DNA of 64,000 nucleotides. Origin: Octopus vulgaris (lineage: Eukaryota). Numbering within the stretch: the stretch's first letter is position 1; the number at the start of each line of letters is the position of its first letter. The notes below the pieces were generated by a model. It saw nothing but the letters and a program-made list of their open reading frames with translations. It searched no databases and was not told the DNA's origin. The stretch spans positions 17,174,001-17,238,000 of the forward strand of contig OX597843.1 in assembly GCA_951406725.2 (NCBI GenBank), given 5' to 3'. This document shows positions 10,829 through 24,274 of the stretch, one piece after another. The translations under genes were made by a program, and so were the position numbers.

Positions 10829-13395
10829 TCAAACTGACTCCAAGCCAGCAGTTTGGAAGATCACTTGACCGCAGTGTGCCTGGGGTATTAGAATGGTCTG
10901 TGGGTGGGGTTCACTGGGACTGACCCCTACAGCTGCGGCCGACGTCGGGGTGGTCTCAGCATCCGGCAAAATACTTCGGTAAGAAACATTCATCATAGTC
11001 ACATCTGACATATCATAGTCGATTGTCTCCCCCTGGCATTCCGCCGTTATCACCAGGTGGTGCTGTTGGCTGTTGTGTAGTGCGGCTTCTAGCTGGACAT
11101 GGTTGCCGTTGGCGACCACCACATCATCTGGATCGACGATGAGACTGAGCGTGTTCGTTGCCGCGGCAACTGCTGGTGTTGCTGATGCTGTTGTTGCTTT
11201 CGCTGCTGCTACCGGTGCTGCTGCTATTACTAACGAGCCTTCAGTCATTACTGCTGCTGTTGTTGCCGCTGCTGCTGCGGGTTTCGGCAGGCGCGACTTG
11301 GTCTGTTGCACGCCGTGCATTTTCAGCTCGTGCCGCTGTAAATGATGCTTGTGACGGAAAAGGTATCCGCATACCGAACAGCGGAACTTCCCCTGCGTGG
11401 TGTGCGCTCGGAAGTGCGCCTGGCACATGACATCAGTCTTGAAACGCCATGTGCAACCAGGGAAGGTGCATGCAAACGGCCGGATGGGGTCGTGGACCCG
11501 TTTGTGCTTGTTGAGTGTCGACTTGTCCGTGTAGGCAAACCCGCAAATGTCGCAGATGACGCTGCCCTCATTGTGCAGCTGACGATGCGCATGGATCGCC
11601 GCGTTAATCTTTGATGTGAAACCACACTGCCTGCAGCGGTATGCCCCTTTTTTGTGTGTGCGTTCGTGTGCAGCCAAGTAGGTGCGAGTTTTGAAGCCCT
11701 TCCCACATGCGTCACAGAAGAACATTGCATCTGTCCGGTGGATCTGTGTGTGCTTACGCAGATATCGTAACCTGTTAAACACCTTTGTACATTTGGTGCA
11801 AGGGTATGATCCAAGGAGGTCCTGTTTCTCAATGCTTCGTACTCTCTTGTTGGTTGAGCTTGACCTGGTCTTGAACCGGTTGACCATTAATTTATTATAA
11901 TCCGACATCCTCATCAGCCTCTGGTTGTCACCAACGGGAACAGCGCCGAGATCAGATACGGAAGTGGAGGGGGCTTGACTCAGTATTTCTGGATGTTTGT
12001 CTCGCATGTGGTTTATCATGGAACTCTTCCAATGTGTCCGAAACGGACAGTGGACACACTTGAACGACTGCTTGCCATAGGTGAACGAGTTGCCACGGAC
12101 GATGCTGGTCACCAGGAAAAATGTAAAGTCAGGTCTCGAAGTGGTGCAAGCTGTGCTCCCCGATTCAGAATGCATTGCGGATGAAGGCCCTAGTCCAGGC
12201 AAGGGGACAGAATGCAGAGCGTCCATATCGTCCTCGTTATCATCTTCGTTGTTGGATGAAGAGTGTTGGTCAGCAGTGCTTGGTGGGTCACTGAAGGTTG
12301 CTGTTGTGTCCAATGAAATTGATGGTAGCGACGGTGTTGGTGGCAGTGTCTGTGGTGGTGGGTGTTGAGGTGGTGCTGTTGCTGAGGTTGTAGCAGTGTT
12401 GAAGTGTTCTGACAGATTGATTAATTCTTTAGACATATTGATCACCACCTCTTCTTCATCCTCATCATCATCATCATCCTCCTCCTCCTCATTGTCATTA
12501 TCTTCTTCCTCCTCCTCCTCCTCCTCTTCTTCTTCTTGCTGTAAGCTCTGCATCACTCTGGTAGCGGCCCCGTTGTCGATGATAGCTGGGTGCATAAGAC
12601 TGATATTTTCGGCCCCATCATCGACCGAGTGAACGAGGACAACATCCCCACCGTCGCTGATGTCACCATTGACCTTACCATTGCTGCTGTTGTTGTTGCT
12701 GCTGCTGCTGATACATCTTCCTGTTTCCATGTCGACCACGCGCACCCCTTCGACGGAACCACAGACCTTTCGGCTGCTACTGCTGGGCCCTACTGTGCCT
12801 GAAAGCTGCGGCCTCGCGGAGTCGGTCAGGACCACTGAGCTATTGTGCTGCTGTATTGAAGAAAACTGCGGATGAAGAGACAGAGCAGCAGCACCATCAC
12901 CGACAGCAGCAGCGGTACCTGTCGTAGGAGGAGTAGTAGTAGTAAGAGTAGTAGTGGTAGTAATAGTTGTAGCAAGTGTTGAGGCTAAGGAGAAACCTCT
13001 AATGATACTTCTGTTCTCGTCTTCAGCTCCAGTCTCTCCCTGTTGGACCATCAAGATATTTGTTGTGCCATGACCATCACTGCAGGCTGGCTGTGGTATG
13101 GAGAGCCTTTGAGTGCCATCACCGTTGTGCACGTTGACAAAAGGGTCCATCATGATCACGTCAGGGCATTCGGACTTCACGAGATCCTGGTAGGTTTCCA
13201 GCTCCCTGGTCAGTAAGCTGACCTTGTGATTGAGCCGGGGTAAGAGGCAAGGTGGTTTGCTGGGTCCCTTGCTGTTGGCCTTCGTCTTGCCGAGGAAGAT
13301 CTTGTGTTGGCGGCGATAGTGTTCCTTCAGCGACATCTGTCGGGAGAATAGGGTTCCACACACACTGCAGCTGACTTTGGTGTTGGGGGACGCAT
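10829..13395 (-). CDS. C2H2 zinc-finger protein, terminal coding exon (8 fingers, acidic and low-complexity spacer)
   Basis: Acceptor TCTTTCCAG|AT (phase 1) at 13396/13395; TGA at 10831-10829. Fingers begin CSVC, CVHC, CTKC, CDAC, CRQC, CDIC, CTFPGC and CSVC; poly-E/D tract. Confidence 0.92.
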
Positions 13396-13479
13396 CTGGA
13401 AAGACAGAGAATATATGAAAGGGTGTGAGAGAGAGAGAGAGAGACTGAGACAGAGAAGGAGAGAGATATAGTAAGAAAA

Positions 13480-16400
13480 AGTGAATGAGAAAGAATGAGT
13501 GAGACAGAATGAATGAGACAGAATGAGTGAGACAGAATGAGTGAGACAGAATGAGTGAGAAAGAATGAGTGACACAGAATGAGTGACACAGAATGAGTGA
13601 CACAGAATGAGTGAAATAGAATGAGTGAGAAAGAATGAATGAAATAGAATGAGTGAAATAGAATGAGTGAGAAAGAATGAATGAGTGAAATAGAATGAGT
13701 GAGAAAGAATGAGTGAGAAAGAATGAATGAGTGAAAGAATGAGTGAGACAGAATGAATGAGTGAAATAGAATGAGTGAGACAGAATGAATGAAATATAAT
13801 GAGTGAAATAGAATGAGTGAGAAAGAATGAATGAGTGAAATAGAATGAGTGAAATAGAATGAGTGAGACAGAATGAATGAAATAGAATGAGTGAGAAAGA
13901 ATGAATGAGTGAAATAGAATGAGTGAGAAAGAATGAGTGAGAAAGAATGAATGAGTGAAATAGAATGAGTGAAATAGAATGAGTGAGACAGAATGAATGA
14001 AATAGAATGAGTGAGAAAGAATGAATGAGTGAAATAGAATGAGTGAGAAAGAATGAGTGAGAAAGAATGAATGAGTGAAATAGAATGAGTGAGAAAGAAA
14101 GAGTGAGATAGAATGATTGAGAAAGAATGAATGAGTGAAATAGAATGAGTGAGAAAGAAAGAGTGAGATAGAATGATTGAGAAAGAATGAGTGAGACAGA
14201 ATGAGTGAGAAAGAATGAATGAGTGAAATAGAATGAGTGAGAAAGAATGAGTGAGAAAGAATGAATGAGTGAAATAGAATGAGTGAGAAAGAAAGAGTGA
14301 GTGAAAGAATGAGTGAGAAAGAATGAGTGAGAAAGAATGAATGAGTGCAATAGAATGAGTGAGAAAGAAAGAGTGAGACAGAATGAGTGCAATAGAATGA
14401 GTGAGATAGAATGAGTGAGAAAGAATGAATGAGTGAAATAGAATGAGTGAGAAAGAAAGTGAGATAGAATGATTGAGAAAGAATGAGTGAGACAGAATGA
14501 TTGAGAAAGAATGATTGAGAATGAATGAGTGAAATAGAATGAGTGAGAAAGAATGAATGAGTGAGAAAGAAAGAGTGAGATAGAATGATTGAGAAAGAAT
14601 GAGTGAGACAGAATGAGTGAGAAAGAATGAGTGAGATAGAATGAGTGAGATAGAATGAGTGAGATAGAATGAGTGAGATAGAATGAATGAGTGAAATAGA
14701 ATGAGTGAGATAGAATGAGTGAGAAAGAATGAGTGAGAAAGAATGAATGAGTGAAATAGAATGAGTGAGAAAGAAAGAGTGAGACAGAATGAGTGAGATA
14801 GAATGAATGAGTGAAATAGAATGAATGAGTGAAATAGAATGAGTGAGAAAGAAAGAGTGAGATAGAATGAATGAGTGAAATAGAATGAGTGAGAAAGAAA
14901 GAGTTTTGATAGAATGATTGAGAAAGAATGAGTGAGACAGAATGAGTGAGATAGAATGAGTGAGACAGAATGAGTGAGATAGAATGATTGAGAAAGAATG
15001 AGTGAGATAGAATGAGTGAAATAGAATGAGTGAGAAAGAATGAGTGAGACAGAATGAGTGAAATAGAATGAGTGAGATAGAATGAGTGAAATAGAATGAG
15101 TGAGAAAGAATGAGTGAGACAGAATGATTGAGATAGAATGAATGAGTGAAATAGAATGAGTGAGAAAGAAAGAGTGAGATAGAATGATTGAGAAAGAATG
15201 AGTGAGACAGAATGAGTGAGATAGAATGATTGAGAAAGAATGAGTGAGACAGAATGAGTGAGATAGAATGAGTGAGACAGAATGAGTGAGTGAAATAGAA
15301 TGAGTGAGAAAGAAAGAGTTTTGATAGAATGATTGAGAAAGAATGAGTGAGACAGAATGAGTGATAGAATGAGTGAGATAGAATGATTGAGAAAGAATGA
15401 GTGAGACAGAATGAGTGAGATAGAATGATTGAGAAAGAATGAGTGAGATAGAATGAGTGAAATAGAATGAGTGAGAAAGAATGAGTGAGACAGAATGAGT
15501 GAAATAGAATGAGTGAGATAGAATGAGTGAAATAGAATGAGTGAGAAAGAATGAGTGAGATAGAATGAATGAGTGAAATAGAATGAGTGAGAAAGAAAGA
15601 GTGAGATAGAATGATTGAGAAAGAATGAGTGAGACAGAATGAGTGAGATAGAATGATTGAGAAAGAATGAGTGAGACAGAATGAGTGAGATAGAATGAGT
15701 GAGACAGAATGAGTGAGTGAAATAGAATGAGTGAGAAAGAATGAGTGAGACAGAATGAGTGAGAAAGAATGAGTGAGACAGAATGAGTGAGACAGAATGA
15801 GTGAGACAGAATGAGTGAGACAGAATGAGTGAGATAGAATGAGTGAGATAGAATGAGTGAGAAAGAATGAGTGAGAAAGAAAGAGTGAGATAGAATGATT
15901 GAGAAAGAATGAGTGAGACAGAATGAGTGAAATAGAATGAGTGAAATAGAATGAGTGAGATAGAATGAGTGAGAAAGAATGAGTGAGAAAGAATGAGTGA
16001 GAAAGAATGAATGAGTGAAATAGAATGAGTGAGAAAGAATGAGTGAGAAAGAAAGAGTGAGAAAGAAAGAGTGAGAAAGAAAGAGTGAGATAGAATGATT
16101 AAGAAAGAATGATTGAGAAAGAATGAGTGAGACAGAATGAGTGAGATAGAATGATTGAGAATGAATGAGTGAAATAGAATGAGTGAGAAAGAATGAGTGA
16201 GAAAGAATGAGTGAGAAAGAATGAATGAGTGAAATAGAATGAGTGAGAAAGAATGAATGAGTGAAATAGAATGAGTGAGAAAGAAAGAGTGAGATAGAAT
16301 GATTGAGAAAGAATGAGTGAGACAGAATGAGTGAGAAAGAATGAATGAGTGAGAAAGAATGAATGAGTGAAATAGAATGAGTGAGAAAGAATGAGTGAGA

Positions 16401-17480
16401 AAGAATGAATGAGTGAAATAGAATGAGTGAGAAAGAAAGAGTGAGATAGAATGAGTGAGATAGAATGAGTGAGATAGAATGAGTGAGATAGAATGAGTGA
16501 GATAGAATGAGTGAGATAGAATGAGTGAGAAAGAATGAGTGAGAAAGAATGAGTGAGTGAAATAGAATGAGTGAGAAAGAAAGTGAGATAGAATGATTGA
16601 GAAAGAATGAGTGAGACAGAATGATTGAGAATGAATGAGTGAAATAGAATAAGTGAGAAAGAAAGAGTGAGATAGAATGATTGAGAAAGAATGAGTGAGA
16701 CAGAATGAGTGAGATAGAACGAGTGAGACAGAATGAGTGAGACAGAATGAGTGAGATAGAATGAGTGAGATAGAATGAATGAGTGAAATAGAATGAGTGA
16801 GAAAGAATGAGTGAGAAAGAATGAATGAGTGAAATAGAATGAGTGAGAAAGAAAGAGTGAGACAGAATGAGTGAGATAGAATGAATGAGTGAAATAGAAT
16901 GAGTGAGAAAGAAAGAGTGAGATAGAATGAATGAGTGAAATAGAATGAGTGAGAAAGAAAGAGTTTTGATAGAATGATTGAGAAAGAATGAGTGAGACAG
17001 AATGAGTGAGATAGAATGAGTGAGATAGAATGAGTGAAATAGAATGAGTGAAATAGAATGAGTGAAATAGAATGAGTGAGAAAGAATGAGTGAGAAAGAA
17101 TGAGTGAGATAGAATGAGTGAGATAGAATGAGTGAGATAGAACGAGTGAGTGAAATAGAATGAGTGAGACAGAATGAGTGAGACAGAATGAGTGAGACAG
17201 AATGAGTGAGACAGAATGAGTGAGACAGAATGAGTGAGACAGAATGAGTGAGATAGAATGAGTGAGTGAAATAGAATGAGTGAGACAGAATGAGTGAGAC
17301 AGAATGAGTGAGATAGAATGAGTGAGACAGAATGAGTGAGATAGAATGAGTGAGACAGAATGAGTGAGATAGAATGAGTGAGATAGAATGAGTGAGATAG
17401 AATGAGTGAGATAGAATGAGTGAGATAGAATGAGTGAGTGAAATAGAATGAGTGAGAAAGAAAGAGTGATAGAGTGAGTG
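13480..17480. repeat. About 4-kb purine-rich satellite, ~14-bp unit GAATGAGTGA(G/A)A(T/A/C)A
   Basis: Direct inspection; lies in the ZNF intron next to the acceptor and is the source of the false SHSF/LILS ORFs. Confidence 0.97.
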
Positions 17481-18198
17481 TGAAAGAGAGACTGAATAAA
17501 AAGCTGTTGTTGGTTTCACCTCTGACTTCATGACCCAATGTGTCCTTCCTATTCTGAGGTGTTAAGGTGTGATTTGAGATATATTTCGTTGACATTTCTA
17601 GCAGAGCAAGTGACCAAATAAAGCTGGTTTAACTCAGAAATCGACCTTCACCAATTAGGTCTATTTGGTTGACATTTCTAGCAGAGCAAGTGGCCAGATA
17701 AAAGCTGTTTAACTCCCAGATCAACCTTCATCAAAAAGACATATTTGGCTGATATTTCTAGCAGAACAAGCAACCAGATAGAGGCTGTTTAACTCCCAGA
17801 TCCACCGTCATCAAACAGACCTACTAAAAACAAACACATATCAACCAAGACCACATTAATTTTTTAGGGGTATATATGTACAGGGGTGGCTGTGTGGTAA
17901 AAAGTTTGCTTTTCCACCACATGGTTCTGGGTTCAGTCCTACTGCACGGTACTTTGGGGGGTCTTCTACAATTGCAGCAACCAATGATAAACTTGTGAGT
18001 GGATTTGTTAGGTAGAAAGTGAAAGAAGCTAGTTGTAATCTATATAGAGATACAATTGTCACCAACTGTGACTGAGAGTGCAGGGTGGCACCTAAATTGC
18101 TAGAAATAAGAGTCAAAGACAGAGGCGCAAGAAGGCACGGTTGCACACTGACAGGGGAGATAACCACCCACAGCAAGCGAGGTTACCATGCTAGTTCA

Positions 18199-19027
18199 GG
18201 GATCTTTTCCGTTTGAACGGCAGTTTTTTCTAGCGGTGTCATATGAAATTGTTACCCATAATTATGACCCTAGAATCGATCTATTGCATTTCAATCTGTT
18301 TTAGGGTTAGGGGTGGGGGGGAAGTTATCTTTTTTTTCTTCACAAATGTAAATAAACCCAATCTGTTTCTTAAACGAGGGACATATTCATATGGCACAGA
18401 ATGTTTTTTTTACCTCAATAGACGTCATTGACTAGTTGAAATTGCAGAAATTGAAGAAAAAAAACAACAAATAGGCGCAGGAGTGGCTGTGTGGTAAGTA
18501 GCTTGCTTACGAACCACATAGTTCCGGGTTCAGTCCCACTGCGTGGTATCTTGGGCAAGTGTCTTCTGCTATAGTCCCGGGCCGACCAATGCCTAGTGAG
18601 TGGATTTGGTAGACAGAAACTGAAAGAAGCCTGTCGTTTATATGTATGTATGTATATATATATATATATGCATGTGTGTGTGTGTTTGTGTTTGTCCCCC
18701 TAGTATTGCTTGACAACCGATGCTGGTGTGTTTACGTCCCCGTCACTTAGCAGTTCGACAAAAGAGACCAATAGAATAAGTACTGGGCTTACAAAGAATA
18801 AGTCCCGGGGTCGATTTGTTCAACTAAAGGCGGTGCTCCAGCATGGCCGCAGTCAAATGACTGAAACAAGTAAAAGAGTAAAAATCTTACAAACTATAGA
18901 ATTTTCACAATAAAGCCAAGAGAAAAAGATGCTTTATAAACACATTCTACCAGCATACAAAGTTTAAAAGTGTTTAGTTACGTGGAAATTATGCTAAAAA
19001 AACTGCCGTTCAAACCGAAAAGATCCC
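18199..19027. mobile_element. PIF/Harbinger-like MITE with a SINE A inserted (about 18472-18880)
   Basis: About 31-bp TIRs GGGATCTTTTCCGTTTGAACGGCAGTTTTTT / AAAAAACTGCCGTTCAAACCGAAAAGATCCC; flanks TCA/TAA (a 3-bp TWA-like TSD with one mismatch). Partial copy at about 32905-33040. Confidence 0.75.
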
Positions 19028-19219
19028 TAATCCAGTTTCACTTAAAATTAAAGATAATCAGTGGTGACTACTCCATTGCTGGATGGTTTGGCTAAATCCA
19101 TTTGTCAGTATACAGTATTAACCAGATGAGTCAAAGGATAACTCAGCAAAATGGATAACTCAGTGAAAATTATAAAATAACACAGGCAGCTGTATGCAAT
19201 ATAAGACCAAAAATGGTTT

Positions 19220-19756
19220 CATCATCATTGTTTAACGTCCGCTTTCCATGCTAGCATGGGTTGGATGGTTCGACCAGGGTCTGGGAAGCCAGGAGGCTGC
19301 ACCAGACTCCAGTCTGAACTAGCAGTGTTTCTACATCTGGATGCCCTTCCTAATGCCAACCACTCCGTGAGTGTAGTGGGTGCTTTTTACGTGCCACCAG
19401 CACAGGTGCCAGGCAAGGCTGGCAACGGCCAAGATCGGATGGCAAGCTTTTTACAGCTAGATGCCCTTCCAAATGCCAACCACTTTACAGAATATATACA
19501 TATGCATACACACACACATATATATATCATCATCATCATCATTTAGCATCCGTTTTCCATGCTAGCATGGGTTGGACGGTTCAACTGGGGTCTGGGAAGC
19601 CCGAAGGCTGCATCAGGCCCAGTCTGATCTGGCAATGTTTCTACGGCTGGATGCCCTTCCTAACGCCAACCACTCCATGAGTGTAGTGGGTGCTTTTTAC
19701 GTGCCACCAGCACAGGTGCCGGACGAGTCTGGCAAATGGCCACGATCGGATGGTGC

Positions 19757-19760
<4 letters not shown>
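19220..19760 (-). mobile_element. Two truncated RTE 3'-UTR copies
   Basis: Reverse complement of 9330-9608 with (CAT)n tails. Confidence 0.85.
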
Positions 19761-19800
<40 letters not shown>

Positions 19801-20099
19801 GATATATATAAAATAATTAAGGTGGCAATAGGAATTTTAAAACCAACAAGGAATTAATTCACAGTCAGGTGTAAGTTAGCGTCCACCACCCATGACGAAG
19901 TGAACATTACTAGTGAGTATTAATTTCCAGTATGCAATTAGTATACTAATCTAATGCATTTCGCTTATGGTGGAGAGTGTTGTCTCCCCTGTCAATACAA
20001 AGAGACCATGTGCTTTTTTGTGGCTAAGAAGTCTATGACTACCATTTCTAGCAATGCTGGTGCTCTCTGCACCCTTGTCACTCTTAGTGATGGGGAATT

Positions 20100-20695
<596 letters not shown>

Positions 20696-21149
20696 AAAGC
20701 TTCTGTGAGTGTCTACCTCCCAAATCCACACACAAAGCTTTGGTTAGCTTAGGTGCCACACAGTGGGACTGAACCTGAAACCTTGTGTTTGGGAAATAAA
20801 CTCCTTAACCACGCAGCCTACATCCAAAGATCAAAAATCCCTTGAAGCTTTACTTAATTCAGGGCCCATTTAAACGCCCCACCGCCTTCCCACACCTGTC
20901 ATCCACCCCCACTGGCCCTCAAGTGTCTTTATCAGAGTCCCCTTTTCTGTAACCAAGCAGCCAAGCTACATCACTTACTCAAGGATACCTTCCTCCCGCC
21001 AGTCTCCGAGGCTCTGTGCTTCTTTATGTCAAAGTGATATAAAAATGTATCAATCCCTATCAGTTGTGTAGTGTGGTTTTTTTGAGGACATGTTGTGTAA
21101 GGGTTGGGGAAAGGCCAGGCAAAAAGACAAAGACCCTTATTATACTCAC

Positions 21150-21239
21150 GCTGTAACTTATGTTCCAGGATATCCAGTAGTTTGTGGTAGACTTTGTTGC
21201 ATAATCCACAGATGAAGGTGTCCAATTTGCCAGAAGACA
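21150..21239 (-). CDS. C2H2 zinc-finger gene, internal 90-nt exon (first finger)
   Basis: Acceptor CTCATTGCAG|, donor C|GTGAGT, phase 1 to phase 1. Encodes (V)SSGKLDTFICGLCNKVYHKLLDILEHKLQ; C+AT from the next exon supplies the final His of C-x2-C-x12-H-x3-H. Confidence 0.88.
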
Positions 21240-21269
21240 CTGCAATGAGAAGGACAGGTTTACAATAAT

Positions 21270-23075
21270 AAGGGGTCTCAAATTTGGGGAAATGGATTAA
21301 GTCAATAACATCAACCCCAGGGCATAACTGGTACTTATTTAATTGGCCCCAAAAGGATGAAAGGCAAAGTTAACCATGGCGGAATTTGAACTCAGAACGT
21401 AACGGCAGATGAAATACCTATTTCTTTACTACCCACAAGGGGCTAAACACAGAGAGAACAAATGGATTAAGTCAATTACATCGACCTCAGTGCATAACTG
21501 GTACTTATTTAATCGACCCTGAAAGGATGAAAGGCAAAGTTGACCTTGGTGGAATTTGAACTCAGAACATAACGGCAGACGAAATACCTATTTCTTTACT
21601 ACCCACAAGGGGCTAAACACAGAGAGAACAAATGGATTAAGTCAATTACATCGACCTCAGTGCATAACTGGTACTTATTTAATCGACCCCGAAAGGATGA
21701 AAGGCAAAGTTGACCTCGGTGGAATTTGAACTCAGAACATAACGGCAGACGAAATACCTATTTCTTTACTACCCACAAGGGGCTAAACATAGAGGGGACA
21801 AATGGATTAAGTCAATTACATCGACCTCAGTGCATAACTGGTACTTATTTAATCGACCCTGAAAGGATGAAAGGCAAAGTTGACCTCGGTGGAATTTGAA
21901 CTCAGAACATAACGGCAGATGAAATACCTATTTCTTTACTACCCACAAGGGGCTAAACACAGAGAGAACAAATGGATTAAGTCAATTACATCGACCTCAG
22001 TGCATAACTGGTACTTATTTAATTGACCCTGAAAGGATGAAAGGCAAAGTTGACCTCGGTGGAATTTGAACTCAGAACATAACGGCAGACGAAATACCTA
22101 TTTCTTTACTACCCACAAGGGGCTAAACACAGAGAGAACAAATGGATTAAGTCAATTACATCGACCTCAGTGCATAACTGGTACTTATTTAATCGACCCT
22201 GAAAGGATGAAAGGCAAAGTTGACCTCGGTGGAATTTGAACTCAGAACATAACGGCAGACGAAATACCTATTTCTTTACTACCCACAAGGGGCTAAACAC
22301 AGAGAGAACAAATGGATTAAGTCAATTACATCGACCTCAGTGCATAACTGGTACTTATTTAATCGACCCCGAAAGGATGAAAGGCAAAGTTGACCTCGGT
22401 GGAATTTGAACTCAGAACATAACGGCAGACGAAATACCTATTTCTTTACTACCCACAAGGGGCTAAACACAGAGAGAACAAATGGATTAAGTCAATTACA
22501 TCGACCTCAGTGCATAACTGGTACTTATTTAATCGACCCTGAAAGGATGAAAGGCAAAGTTGACCTTGGTGGAATTTGAACTCAGAACATATTCTTCTTC
22601 TTTTCTCCCGTCTGTCTTGATAGACAATGGGTCGCGCCAAGGGTGGGCCTACTTTGATGATGAGCAGCGTCTGCTGTGACTGAACAGTCCAATTCTAGAG
22701 TGGCAGTCCCTGGTACAGTTGCTGCACACGAACATCGATGGGTACGTGTGGGGTGTTGCTGCAGTTGTCCTCCTCCTGTCCCGCCTGTCCGACCACAGCT
22801 GTGCTCTCCTTTCCTCACTGTCCGAACATAACGGCAGATGAAATACCTAATTCTTTACTACCCACAAGGGGCTAAACACAGAGAGGACAAACAAGGACAG
22901 ACACATGGATTAAGTCGATTACACTGACGCCAGTGCATAACTGGTACTTATTTAATCGACCCCGAAAGGATGAAAGGCAAAGTTGACCTCGGTGGAATTT
23001 GAACACAGAACGTAACGGCAGACGAAATACCACTAAGCATTTCACCCGGCGTGCTAACCATTCTGCCAGCTCGCT
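21270..23075 (-). repeat. Tandem array of SINE B bodies (170-bp unit) behind one head-bearing copy
   Basis: GAAATACC recurs at 21411, 21581, 21751, 21921, 22091, 22261, 22431 and 22840 (shifted by the insertion). The tRNA head is present only at about 23030-23075. Confidence 0.93.
22592..22823 (-). mobile_element. Short 3' end of a second RTE (BovB-like) LINE with 7-bp TSD
   Basis: Minus strand encodes FVCSNCTRDCHSRIGLFSHSRRC*, then a short UTR and (GAA)n tail. TSD GAACATA at 22585-22591 and 22824-22830. Confidence 0.88.
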
Positions 23076-23739
23076 ACCTTTATTATAATAATAAAAATGA
23101 TAATGATAATAATAATAATAATTAATAATCCTCTCTACTAAAGGCACAAGGCCAAACATTTTGGGGAAGGGAACTAGTCGATTACATTGACCCCAGTGCA
23201 TAACTGGTACATATTTTATTGACCCTGAAAGAATGAAAGGCAAAGGTGACCTGGGCAGAATTTGAACTCTAAATGTAAAGTCAGACAAAATGCTGCTCTG
23301 CATTCTGCCCAGTGTGCTAATGATTCTGCCAGCTCAGAGCCATAACGATAATTATAGGTGATGAACTGGCAGAATGGTTAGCACACCGGGCGAAACGCTT
23401 AGCGGTATTTCATCTGCTGTTAGATTCTGAGTTCAAATTGCGCCAAGGTTAACTTTCCCTTCCATTCTTTCGGGGTCGAATAAGTACCAGTTACGTGCTG
23501 GGGTCGATGTAATCGACTTAATCTGTTTGTCTGTCCTTGTTCTTTCCCTCTATGTTTAGCCCCTTGTGGGTAGTAAAGAAATAGGTGCTTGGTGCAAGGA
23601 AGGGCATCCAACTGTAGAAACGATGCCAAATCAAACTGGATCCTGGTACAGCTCTCCAGCTTACCAGTTCCAGCCAAATCATCTAACCCATGCCAGCATG
23701 GAAAGCTGGAAGTCAGACATTAAATGATGATGACGTTGA

Positions 23740-24200
23740 TGATACCATAAACAATGCAGGTTTTTCAATTGCATGAACTAAAAGTCGGAGGGGGACAGAA
23801 TAAACTACCTGCATCAACTTGTTATAAAAGCAGGTTGTAATTTTACCTTGTACTTATTCTTAGTGCAAGTTTTAAAGAGTGCAGTTTGATTTTAACAGTT
23901 ATTATTTGGATTTGGTGCTTCAACCATTCATTGACACCTGTGCTACAAGAAAAACCAACCATCTTTGGTTTCAAGATGAAAAGTGTCTCTCATAAATATG
24001 GAATGATTTGGACCTTGGATACTCCACCAAAAATATCCTCATGCTATCCAACGAACTATACACCTGCATACTGCTGGAAAAGATAAAGGATGTGATTAGA
24101 CATATGAGGTGGAAGGCCTTCCACTACAACCTAGCAGCACTATCTCCGGAGGGTAACAGCTATGGCATTGGATTGAGAAAACATCCACCCAGAAACTGAC
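23740..24200 (+). pseudogene. Penelope-like element fragment: leader plus ORF N-terminus
   Basis: LGYSTKNI...LLEKIKDVIRHMRWKAFHY resembles the YSxKNIP...EK...I.RMRWKA N-terminal motif of Penelope-like ORFs (recognised from memory, not searched). Confidence 0.55.
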
Positions 24201-24274
24201 CATCCCCATTTTTGATATATACTACTCTACGTCTTAGAGTGTGCTTCTTCTCCAGATTTATATTTTGTACAAAC

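Noticed and set aside
10316-10837. His-rich, Pro-rich (extensin-like) and Gly/Cys-rich ORFs
   Set aside because: All frames of a GGT repeat are open; no signal peptide or splice support; lies right behind the ZNF stop.
13161-17595. 1456-aa and 498-aa ORFs, and the repetitive N-terminal part of the 1187-aa ORF
   Set aside because: Stop-free satellite. The real ZNF exon starts at the acceptor at 13395, which completes a zinc finger with the upstream exon.
21270-22590. CRISPR-like appearance of the regular arrays (also 40715-41660)
   Set aside because: Units are contiguous with no unique spacers, no cas genes, and the context is eukaryotic.
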